Positions 16,469-24,468 of a stretch of 28,604 bases of DNA are shown here, one piece after another. Source of the stretch: an archaeon (GTDB taxonomy: Archaea > SpSt-1190 > DYHY01); contig JBBIPP010000015.1 of NCBI GenBank assembly GCA_037442745.1, positions 1-28,604 of the forward strand, written 5' to 3'. Each line of letters begins with the position of its first letter. The stretch's first letter is position 1. Under the pieces are notes generated by a model, which was not told where the DNA came from, ran no database searches, and was given only the letters and a program-made list of their open reading frames with translations. The position numbers and the translations under genes are program-made.

Positions 16469-16549
16469 GTTCCGGGCTCTTGAGCTCTAGAGAAATCCAG
16501 AGGAACGAAGGACAAAGGCCAATATCCCTGACCGCTAGACGACGGGGCT
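16469..16549 (-). pseudogene. Partial tRNA-Gln(TTG) copy with a 33-nt hairpin insert directly after the anticodon; no T arm or 3' acceptor strand
   Basis: 16513-16549 matches the first 37 nt of the tRNA at 35/37; insert spans 16480-16512; GAGCCCGGAAC (16469-16479) matches the next 11 nt at 10/11. Confidence 0.8.
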
Positions 16550-16689
16550 TTTGCGATTGTCTGCAAAAATCTTATCTGTATTTTCCAAGAAACGCCTGTC
16601 TGGGCGTCCGGATTGATATGTTGTTTTTTCAGGAAAAACTTCCCTTGACAAATCATCCTTAAAAACCCCCCCAACCGTCAAATTGCAAT

Positions 16690-17433
16690 ATGGTCAAAAA
16701 AGCCCTGAAATCCGCAGTGAAAAAGACCCGGTCAATCTTCTCCCGGAACTGGAAGGTGATTGGCGGGATTTTCCTGATGGTCCTAATGCTCGCCTCAGTC
16801 TTCGGGGGCCTAGTCCTCTCAGGAAACGAGCAGGCCCGGGGGCAAGAGGGGCAGAAATCCTCGGGAACGCATGTCGGAGTCGTGAACGGGGTTGATGTCT
16901 ACAAAATCGATGACACGGACTATTTCGCGAACCTGGGGGGAGTTGAGGTGCATTTCAGGGCTAACCCTGTTGTTGCAGCAGAATTCAAAATAGACGCCCG
17001 CCAGAAGCTGATACTCTCCTCAGTAATGAACGGCCCCGGAACGTTCGACATTGTCACGGGAAAGAAACTTTCCAAGGCATACATACTCATCGAGCCGGAA
17101 ACCCCGACAACCCCGAAAGCAACGGTTGCAGCAGCCGAGATTGCAACAGCTCTCGGAGCGAACCGTTGGGTGCCAGAGGTAGCCTTCACCCGCGAGTCCG
17201 TTCAGCAGCCGGGTTCGAAGGTGATAACAGTCTCCGATGCCCAGAACTTTTCGGAAGATGCAATAGTTTTCTATTTAGCGGTCTCCGAAGGGATTCCCTC
17301 GAACGCAACCCTCTACACATACCAAACTCCAGAGTCGAAAGGAGTCTCCCTTTTCCTGATAGGGAAGGATTTCCCAAATCTCGACATTGTTTCCGTTGCA
17401 GTGAAAATGTTCCTTCTCGGATGGACTGGGTGA
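16690..17433 (+). CDS. Membrane-anchored hypothetical protein
   Basis: Basic N-terminus and one TM (VIGGIFLMVLMLASVFGGLVL) followed by a soluble domain; first gene of a tightly packed run. Confidence 0.8.
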   Translation: MVKKALKSAVKKTRSIFSRNWKVIGGIFLMVLMLASVFGGLVLSGNEQARGQEGQKSSGTHVGVVNGVDVYKIDDTDYFANLGGVEVHFRANPVVAAEFKIDARQKLILSSVMNGPGTFDIVTGKKLSKAYILIEPETPTTPKATVAAAEIATALGANRWVPEVAFTRESVQQPGSKVITVSDAQNFSEDAIVFYLAVSEGIPSNATLYTYQTPESKGVSLFLIGKDFPNLDIVSVAVKMFLLGWTG

Positions 17434-17435
17434 AA

Positions 17436-17783
17436 ATGGGGGAGTTAAAGCAGGTAATTGTTGTCCGCTCCGATCTTGGGCTATCAAAGGGGAAGCTTGC
17501 AGCCCAAGTCGCCCATGCGTCCCTCGATTCCTACAAAAAGGCGAGGAAATCCCTTGCCGAGGAATGGGAGCGCTCCGGAGCGAAAAAGGTTGTCCTGAAA
17601 GCGGAGAGCCTATCAGAACTAGATTCAGTATTTTCGCAGGCCCGAATTGCAAAGCTTCCGTCATCGAGAATTACTGACGCCGGCCACACTGAACTTCCTC
17701 CGGGAACAACCACTTGCGTAGGAATAGGCCCATTTGACGAGGAGGAAATTGACCGGATAACAGGGCACCTGAAAATGCTCTAA
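17436..17783 (+). CDS. pth2: Peptidyl-tRNA hydrolase Pth2
   Basis: KQVIVVRSDLGLSKGKLAAQVAHAS, KKVVLK, DAGHTELPPGTTTCVGIGP, ITGHLKML; start ATG 17436. Confidence 0.97.
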   Translation: MGELKQVIVVRSDLGLSKGKLAAQVAHASLDSYKKARKSLAEEWERSGAKKVVLKAESLSELDSVFSQARIAKLPSSRITDAGHTELPPGTTTCVGIGPFDEEEIDRITGHLKML

Positions 17784-17797
17784 CGGGAAAGAATGAA

Positions 17798-18379
17798 ATG
17801 CTAAACGAACTTGACAAGAAATTCGAAGTAAGGAGGAGGCTTCTTCATCCAATTGCTCCGAACGTTAATCCGAACCTGATCTCGTCAATAGGTTTCCTCA
17901 CAGGCCCGCTCGCGGGATTCTTCCTCTGGAACCGGCTGTTTCTTCCGGCAATCCTAATGATACTCGCGAACGCGTTCTCCGACACGCTTGACGGCGTGAT
18001 TGCAAGGAAATACAAGCGAGCATCCCTCAAAGGCTCTCTTGTCGACGACCTGGCCGACCGGGTTTCCGATATTTCAATTTCAATAGGCCTCGGCGGGTCG
18101 ATTGGAAGCCCCTTCCTCGGCGCTCTTGGAGCCCTCTTCCTCGTCTTAAATTCATATCTTTCCCTCCAGGGCCTTGCTCTCTTTGGAGAAAAGGCAAAGT
18201 TCGGAAGCTTTTCCAGGGCGAACCGCACGCTTGCTCTCCTGATAATTATTGCGCTCTCCTTCGTTTTTCCATTCTCTCCAGGGGAACCTGCGCTGTTTCT
18301 GGTAATTCTCGGGGGATTTGCCACAATAATTGAGAGGGCGCTCTTCCTTCTCACAAGAAAGGAAAGTGAGAAGAAATGA
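17798..18379 (+). CDS. CDP-alcohol phosphatidyltransferase family protein
   Basis: Signature DTLDGVIARK...GSLVDDLADRVSD, NPNLIS, multiple TMs. Confidence 0.93.
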   Translation: MLNELDKKFEVRRRLLHPIAPNVNPNLISSIGFLTGPLAGFFLWNRLFLPAILMILANAFSDTLDGVIARKYKRASLKGSLVDDLADRVSDISISIGLGGSIGSPFLGALGALFLVLNSYLSLQGLALFGEKAKFGSFSRANRTLALLIIIALSFVFPFSPGEPALFLVILGGFATIIERALFLLTRKESEKK

Positions 18380-18876
18380 TTTTTCTCCTGAAGCTTTGGT
18401 ATTTCCTCCCGGCAGCGGTCGCAAACATTGCGCCGGTATTCGCGAGGCACCCCTTCATAAAAAAGCGGATTGGCAACGCGCCCCTCGATTTCGGAAAGAA
18501 CCTTCAATACGACAAAAGGAGGATTCTTGGGGATGGAAAAACATTCCTCGGGACTTTTCTCGGGCTTTTATTCGGGACTATTGCTGGCGCGCTCCAGGGC
18601 CAGCCAATCCTAGGGCTCGCCCTCTCGGCAGGGGCCCTCTTTGGGGATATTGCCAAATCGTTCTTAAAGAGGCGCGCAGGCTTTGAGCGCGGAAAACCCG
18701 TTATTCTGGTAGACCAACTCGACTTCGTTTTCGGAGCAGTCCTATTTTCCCTCCCCCTCGGGTTCTTTGACTGGACAATTCCGGAATTCATCCTCCTCTG
18801 CCTAATAGTCCTTCCTCTCCACAGGCTCTCCGGAATGTTCGGATATTTCATCAGAATAAAGCGTGAGCCGTGGTAG
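18376..18876 (+). CDS. carS: CDP-archaeol synthase
   Basis: LPAAVANIAP, PLDFGK...RRILGDGKTF, GDIAKSFLKRR, DQLDF, and IKREPW C-terminus. Confidence 0.94.
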   Translation: MIFLLKLWYFLPAAVANIAPVFARHPFIKKRIGNAPLDFGKNLQYDKRRILGDGKTFLGTFLGLLFGTIAGALQGQPILGLALSAGALFGDIAKSFLKRRAGFERGKPVILVDQLDFVFGAVLFSLPLGFFDWTIPEFILLCLIVLPLHRLSGMFGYFIRIKREPW

Positions 18877-18878
18877 GA

Positions 18879-19598
18879 ATGGTGGAGCTAGTCGCAATAA
18901 TCCCTGCATACCGGGCGGAGCGGACAATAGCCCAAGTAGTTAAACTGACCAGCAAATTCGCTCCGAAAACAATAGTTGTCGACGACGGCTCGCCTGATGA
19001 AACCGCGCGCCGTGCCAGGCTTGCCGGGGCAACGGTAATTCGCCACCCGAAGAATCTGGGGAAAGCCGCGGCAATACTGACCGGGATCTCAACTGCGAAA
19101 AATCTCTCCCCTGAATATGTCATTTTCCTCGATTCCGATCTCCAGCACAACCCCGCGGAAATCCCCGCAGTCCTATCTCCACTGAAGGGAGGATTGGCAG
19201 ATGTCTCAATTGGCTCAAGGTTACTCTCGAAGAATGAACATGGAAGGAAAATGCCGACTAATAGGATGCTCGGAAACATTATATCGAGCAGGACGACTTC
19301 CGTCCTGATAGGGACAAGGCTCACCGACGTACTTTCCGGATTCCGAGCGTTCAATAGAAAGGCGCTTTCAATCCTGACATTCAAGTCGAGCGGATACGAC
19401 ATTGAGCTCTCAAGCGTTCTTGAGGCCGCGGCGAACGGCCTCAGGATAGCAGAGGTTCCAATTGAGACAATATACCTCGAGGAAACATCCCATATCCGCC
19501 CAGTAAAGCTTATTATCGGGACTCTGGGCCTCTGGGGAAAATGGATTCTTTCGAGGAAGAGCTTCCGGAAATCCCGGAAAAATTCAGGAAATTCCTGA
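18879..19598 (+). CDS. GT2 family polyprenol-phosphate glycosyltransferase (DPM1-like)
   Basis: IIPAY, VVDDGSPDET, NLGKAAA, FLDSDLQHNP, GSR, DVLSGFRAF, EVPI. Confidence 0.92.
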   Translation: MVELVAIIPAYRAERTIAQVVKLTSKFAPKTIVVDDGSPDETARRARLAGATVIRHPKNLGKAAAILTGISTAKNLSPEYVIFLDSDLQHNPAEIPAVLSPLKGGLADVSIGSRLLSKNEHGRKMPTNRMLGNIISSRTTSVLIGTRLTDVLSGFRAFNRKALSILTFKSSGYDIELSSVLEAAANGLRIAEVPIETIYLEETSHIRPVKLIIGTLGLWGKWILSRKSFRKSRKNSGNS

Positions 19599-21889
19599 CA
19601 GGACTCTCCTTCGGGGTGGAACCCTCGGAAATTGTCCTATATTCCGGAAAGGATTCGTTCAAGGTTTCGTCCTTCCACCCATATTTCTATTTCCTCGGAA
19701 AAAAAGAGCCCGAAAAAACAGAGGGAGTAATCAGAACAAGTGAGGAGAAAAAAGTCCGCCCATCAAAAGGGCTCCCAGAAGGGGAGAGGCTCTTCAAAAT
19801 ATTCGCCGACTCTCCCGGACGCGTCCCGGAAATAAGGGGCAAGTTTTCTGGCGGGACTGTTTTTGAGGCGGACATTCCCTTTATCCGGAGGTTCCTCCTT
19901 GACAATTCCCTCAAATTCTTCTCGGAAAAGGACCCTTCCTTTCTTATATTCGATATTGAAGTTTATTCAGAATCCTCCGGAATGCCAGATGCGAAAAAGG
20001 ACGAGATTGTAATGATAAGCTATTCTTTCTTCAGCGATGGCGCATTCGTTGAGGAACGCGTTCTCTCGGCAGTTCAGGGGAGAACCGAGGGGCCTCTTCC
20101 GGAATATGCGAGAGAATTCCCCTCGGAAAAGGCCATTATCGAGGAGTTTGTCTCAGTTCTCAGGCGCCTCGACCCACAGATAATTGCGGGATACAATTCG
20201 GACAACTTCGACTTTCCCTACCTATCTACTCGGGCGGAACTTCTCAAAGTTCCCCTTTTCCTGGGAACTGCCGAAAATTCCCGGCTTTCTTTCAAGAAGA
20301 GCCAGAGGATTTCGGCTGGAATCCCAGAGATTCCCGGAAGGCAAGTTGTCGATGTCTATCTTTTCGTCAGGTATATTGTCAGCCACGACCAATTGTTCCA
20401 TGCCCGGACACTCGACCTCGATTCTGTCGGAACTGAGATTTTCGGGGAAGGAAAGACTGACTTTGATTTCGAGGAGCTTCCGGAAATTATGCGGACCGGA
20501 AAAGGGGTCCTGAGATTTGTCGAATATTCCCTCCGGGACGCAAAAGTTACGGCGAGGCTCTTTGAAAAGTTCCTTCCCCTGATGCTAGAGCTCTCCCGCG
20601 CGCTATATCTCCCCCCGTCCGAAATTTCCCGCATGACATCTGGCCAGATTGTGGAGTGGTTCTTGGTGAAAGAGGCGCACGAGAGGGGGATTATTGTTCC
20701 GAACAAGCCCTCAAGCGAGGCCTCTCAGGAAAGGGATGAGCAAAGGTTCGAGGGCGCCTTCGTCCGCGACCCTGAAAGGGGTCTTCATGAGAAAGTCGCA
20801 GCCTGCGATTTCAGGAGCCTCTATCCCTCAATAATAATCAGCCACAACATTGCCCCGGAAACCTTCGGTAAATGCAACCATCAGGAATGCGCAGGGAACA
20901 TCTCGCCGACAGGAGACAGCTTCTGCCAGAAAGCCCCCGGGCTGATTCCAGTCTCGCTGAAAAAAATCGTGTCGGAACGGGCAATCCTGAAAAAGGAGCT
21001 GAACCTGACTGCTCCCGGTTCTCCTGAAAGGATTTCAATAAACGCGAAACAGGCGGCTCTGAAGCTTGTCGCAAACAGCTTCTACGGCTATCTCGGATAC
21101 CAGAACTCCCGATGGTATTCCTTTGAGGGCGCCCGCTCAACAGCTGGCTGGGGGCGAAAATACATCAAAGACACAATAAGCCTTGCTGAAAGGAGGAATT
21201 TCAAGGTAATTTACGGGGACACGGACTCAATATTCTTCTCATATGTCGGCAAAGACCTTCCTCCCGAATCCTTCGAGGACCGGGTGAAAAAATTCGTTTC
21301 CGAGATAAACGGGGCGCTTCCCGAGGAAATGGAGTTGGAACTCCAAGATATCTATTCCCGGGGGATTTTCCTTACAAAGAAAAGGTATGCGGTGATAACA
21401 ACCGATGGCCGGATTGTGATAAAGGGCCTGGAAAGGATACGGAGGGACTGGGCAGGGATTGCAAGAAGAACGCAGGAAGAAGTCCTTATGGCAATATTGA
21501 AGGAAGGGAATCCCGAAAAGGCTCGGGGAATTGTGGAAAAAGCGGTCTTGGACCTAAAAGAAAGAAAAGTTTCCCTAGATGACATTACAATATACACCCA
21601 GTTGACCAAAAAGCCGGGCCAGTACAAGCTAACATCCCCACATGTAGAGGCGGCGAAACTCTCGAAAAAGCCGATGAAGGCGGGAACTGTTGTTCGCTTT
21701 GGGATTGTGAAGGGAACTGGGATGATTTCCGCCCGGGCCAGACCCCTGGAACTCCTGACACTCGAGAACTATGACCCGGACTATTACATTGATAACCAGC
21801 TCCTACCGGCAGTTACGAGGATTTTGGATGCTGTCGGATATTCTGAAGACGCCTTCAGGAGCCAAAAGAAGCTAGATGGCTTTTTCTGA
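19541..21889 (+). CDS. polB: Family B DNA polymerase with 3'-5' exonuclease, no intein
   Basis: FDIE, GYNSDNFD and YSLRD exonuclease motifs; DFRSLYPSII, KLVANSFYGY, YGDTDS, KKRYA, KGLERIRRDW. Confidence 0.97.
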   Translation: MDSFEEELPEIPEKFRKFLTGLSFGVEPSEIVLYSGKDSFKVSSFHPYFYFLGKKEPEKTEGVIRTSEEKKVRPSKGLPEGERLFKIFADSPGRVPEIRGKFSGGTVFEADIPFIRRFLLDNSLKFFSEKDPSFLIFDIEVYSESSGMPDAKKDEIVMISYSFFSDGAFVEERVLSAVQGRTEGPLPEYAREFPSEKAIIEEFVSVLRRLDPQIIAGYNSDNFDFPYLSTRAELLKVPLFLGTAENSRLSFKKSQRISAGIPEIPGRQVVDVYLFVRYIVSHDQLFHARTLDLDSVGTEIFGEGKTDFDFEELPEIMRTGKGVLRFVEYSLRDAKVTARLFEKFLPLMLELSRALYLPPSEISRMTSGQIVEWFLVKEAHERGIIVPNKPSSEASQERDEQRFEGAFVRDPERGLHEKVAACDFRSLYPSIIISHNIAPETFGKCNHQECAGNISPTGDSFCQKAPGLIPVSLKKIVSERAILKKELNLTAPGSPERISINAKQAALKLVANSFYGYLGYQNSRWYSFEGARSTAGWGRKYIKDTISLAERRNFKVIYGDTDSIFFSYVGKDLPPESFEDRVKKFVSEINGALPEEMELELQDIYSRGIFLTKKRYAVITTDGRIVIKGLERIRRDWAGIARRTQEEVLMAILKEGNPEKARGIVEKAVLDLKERKVSLDDITIYTQLTKKPGQYKLTSPHVEAAKLSKKPMKAGTVVRFGIVKGTGMISARARPLELLTLENYDPDYYIDNQLLPAVTRILDAVGYSEDAFRSQKKLDGFF

Positions 21890-21924
21890 AAACATATAAA
21901 AGCCGGGGCGTTCGCTCTCCTTCA

Positions 21925-22137
21925 ATGCCGAACATGATGCTCTGCCCAATATGCGGGAACGAAGTTATGCCCGAGAGTGACGGAAAGGAGGGCGAGATTG
22001 TCTCCTGCCAGAAATGCGGAACTGATCTCCGGGTTAGGGACAAGAAAGCGTTCAAGAGCTTCGATCTCCCGGGAGCGGGGGATTCGGAGGGCTCTGAGGA
22101 CGGGCCCGGCCTCGGCGGGAGGGTATCTTTCCTGTGA
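21925..22137 (+). CDS. Small LysW-like Zn-ribbon protein
   Basis: CPICG...EGEIVSCQKCGTDLRV; TATA-like ATATAAAA at ~21894-21901. Confidence 0.7.
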   Translation: MPNMMLCPICGNEVMPESDGKEGEIVSCQKCGTDLRVRDKKAFKSFDLPGAGDSEGSEDGPGLGGRVSFL

Positions 22138-22364
22138 TTTTCCCGGAGAATTACGGAAAAAAGCTCATGATTGGCGCAGGGATTTCAATTGTCTTTTCAG
22201 CAATAGTTTTCGTCTCAACGCTCCAGTTCACAAACCCTTCCTATGCCTTCTATTCGTCCCTGATTTCCGCAGTTGCAGGGCTTCTCCTAATTCCTCTAGC
22301 AATCGGTAACGGGGCTTTTACGGACGAAGAATTCCAAGGGAAAGAAGGAAAACACACGAAATAA
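22134..22364 (+). CDS. Small 2-TM membrane protein
   Basis: GTGA start/stop overlap with the previous gene; two hydrophobic helices. Confidence 0.65.
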   Translation: MIFPENYGKKLMIGAGISIVFSAIVFVSTLQFTNPSYAFYSSLISAVAGLLLIPLAIGNGAFTDEEFQGKEGKHTK

Positions 22365-23151
22365 CCGCTCCGAGGGACAGGGGGGGTATTCCAGGAAGCC
22401 CGGTTTCCTTGGATTTGGGGCTCTCAACAGTCATTTTCTCCAAAAGCAAAAATGAGAGGAAAATAATTCCAGCGGAAAATAGTCCTGCAATGAGCCCCCC
22501 GTCCTTTCCAACCGAGACAACTAGAAGGGAGGCTAGCGCAAAATCCCCGGCGCCAATTAGGGAGAGCCCGTCCCCACTCTTCGGGAAGAATATGCCAAAA
22601 GTCTCCCTCAATTTAGGGTTCTCGATTTTGTCAAGAACGCCCGCAAACCAAAGGAATTTCATGTGTTTTGTGTAGAGGACTGCCACAGAATCATAAACCG
22701 CAATCGATGAAATTATCAGGAGCGCGAGCTTCCAAGGGAGGAATATTCCGAAAACAACCGAGAATGAGACAATCGAAATTGTTGCGAAAGCGTTCAGGAA
22801 GAAGAGGTATGGAGTTGCCCTTAGGACTATTGAGAGAATGCCCCCGACAATTCCGTAAATCTCGTTCCCCAGGAAAATGCCGAAGAAATAATATGCTCCT
22901 GAGAAGTTCCCCGCCTCAACGAAGATTCTGAGAGTGAGCCCGAGGAGCTTTGCAATTATCAGGACTGCCGTTCCAGCAAGAACAATTCCCAATATCCCGA
23001 GGACATCGAACGCTCCCGGGGATTCGGAAATTATTTCCGGCCGGTAATCGGCAATGTTTGAGCCAGGCATTAGGGAGAGCCTTGAGAGGAGAAGGGCGGA
23101 TAGTATTATTGCCCCGAAAAAAATCGCCTCAGTTTTGCCCAATGAACCCAT
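22318..23151 (-). CDS. Presenilin/signal-peptide-peptidase family intramembrane aspartyl protease (A22)
   Basis: AVYDSVAV...HM, IGAGDF (GxGD) and LPGIPPL (PAL-like) motifs in a multi-TM protein; start taken at ATG 23151. Confidence 0.88.
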   Translation of the reverse strand: MGSLGKTEAIFFGAIILSALLLSRLSLMPGSNIADYRPEIISESPGAFDVLGILGIVLAGTAVLIIAKLLGLTLRIFVEAGNFSGAYYFFGIFLGNEIYGIVGGILSIVLRATPYLFFLNAFATISIVSFSVVFGIFLPWKLALLIISSIAVYDSVAVLYTKHMKFLWFAGVLDKIENPKLRETFGIFFPKSGDGLSLIGAGDFALASLLVVSVGKDGGLIAGLFSAGIIFLSFLLLEKMTVESPKSKETGLPGIPPLSLGAVISCVFLLSLGILRP

Positions 23152-23200
23152 TTCGCTCAATGCATTTATATTAGTGCTCAAAAAACCAGCGAATAACTCA

Positions 23201-23791
23201 ATGTCAATCCTTCTCAAGGAAGCAATCCTTATACTGAAACGGGGCGGCGTTGTCGGCTATCCGACGGAAACCGTATATGGAATTGGCTCAAGGATTGACA
23301 ATCCCGGTGCAATTTACCGCCTGAAGAAGCTGACGGGGAGGGACAGGAAAAAGCCACTCCTTGTTGCCTTTCCCTCCGTTTCCGTTGCTGCAAAATACGT
23401 TTTCCTATCGGAAAAGGAAAAAAAATTCCTCCGGAAAATAATGCCCGGCCCAATTTCGGTAATTGTCAAGTCCCGCCCCGGAAAAATCCCAAAAAGCATT
23501 ACCAATGGAGGGGATTTCGTCGGAATACGGATTCCCGAGAACTCAACTGCAAGGAGGCTTGCATCCTCTATTGGGGCAATAATATCGACAAGCGCGAATC
23601 TTTCAGGAGACCGGCCAGTCCTCTCGGCCGATGAAGCGGAAAAAAGACTCGGAATATTCTCCGTTGTCTCCGGGAAATGCAAGTACAAGAAAGCGTCAAC
23701 GCTAATCGAGCTTTCAACCGGGAAAATACTCAAGGAAGGTGCTTATCCTAAAAAGCGCCTGTTACGGAAATGGAAGGAAGCGTTTTCCTGA
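23201..23791 (+). CDS. tsaC: Threonylcarbamoyl-AMP synthase (TsaC/YrdC domain only)
   Basis: GGVVGYPTETVYGIG, PGPISVI, GIRIP, STSANLSG, ASTLI; start ATG 23201 with TTTATA about 30 nt upstream. Confidence 0.92.
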   Translation: MSILLKEAILILKRGGVVGYPTETVYGIGSRIDNPGAIYRLKKLTGRDRKKPLLVAFPSVSVAAKYVFLSEKEKKFLRKIMPGPISVIVKSRPGKIPKSITNGGDFVGIRIPENSTARRLASSIGAIISTSANLSGDRPVLSADEAEKRLGIFSVVSGKCKYKKASTLIELSTGKILKEGAYPKKRLLRKWKEAFS

Positions 23792-24467
23792 GAAATAGGC
23801 TCATTCAGGCAGGAATTGGAGAGCAATTCGAAGAAAGAGGCGCTCAAATCCGGCTCTCGCGGAAACGAGCAAGGAAGATAATTTTTTGGAGCCAAGACGA
23901 TCCTGAATGTGCTCGGGATAATCCACGGACTCGCCGTTGCCTTTGCGGAATCAATTTCAATTGGCGCAGTCGCATATACAACCTCCCGGGTTGAGCCGGA
24001 CAAGTGCATTGCCACGGAAAAAACGAGATGCGGAAAATTGAGGAAATCCCTGAAATTGAGCGCTAGGAAATACCGATAATTTACCGGAAAAGGGGCTTTT
24101 TCGGAAAAACCCCGGAAGCGCTTGTGAGGAAAACGACATCTAACAAGAAGCCTTGGCTTCGGACAATGATTACTGAGGAGCTCTGCCTTTCCCCAGAACA
24201 GGGCAAATAAAGCCCCTCTCAGAGTCGGCAACAGTATTTGTCCCCTCCCTTGCAGGGTCAATTATTCCAATAATTCACCCAACTTTCCCGGCAACCTCAT
24301 TTTCAATACGAATTGCTCTCCTGTCATTGTTCATTCTCAGCTATTACAAGGGCAAATTGACAACGGGAAAACCCCTTCTCATTTGGCCGGAACTCGGGGC
24401 AATAGGAATTGCATCAGCGTTTGCAGGATATTTTATATGGGCAGTCTTTTGGAAGGGAATTGGCTGA
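23770..24467 (+). pseudogene. VIT1/CCC1 family iron/manganese transporter pseudogene; 5' boundary uncertain
   Basis: Successive frames give RKIIFWSQD / NVLGIIHGLAVAFAESISIGAVAYTTS / EMRKIEEIPEIER*EIPIIYRKRGF...WLRTMITEEL...GK* / SLAGSIIP...YKGKLTTGKP...IGIASAFAGYFI...G*. These match VIT1 motif order, with at least 3 frameshifts and 2 internal stops. Confidence 0.85.
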
Positions 24468-24468
24468 A

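Noticed and set aside
16260-16549. Functional split (trans-spliced) tRNA formed from the outer fragments
   Set aside because: Together the fragments lack the T arm, and I see no long complementary leaders or canonical BHB motif.
19541-21889. Intein, split gene or inactivated polymerase in polB
   Set aside because: Length is normal, all exonuclease and polymerase motifs are contiguous and intact, and uracil-pocket-like residues (PY, PxxVP, EADIPF) are present.
23743-24261. 172-aa minus-strand ORF as a real gene
   Set aside because: It is the antisense shadow of the VIT1 pseudogene on the plus strand.
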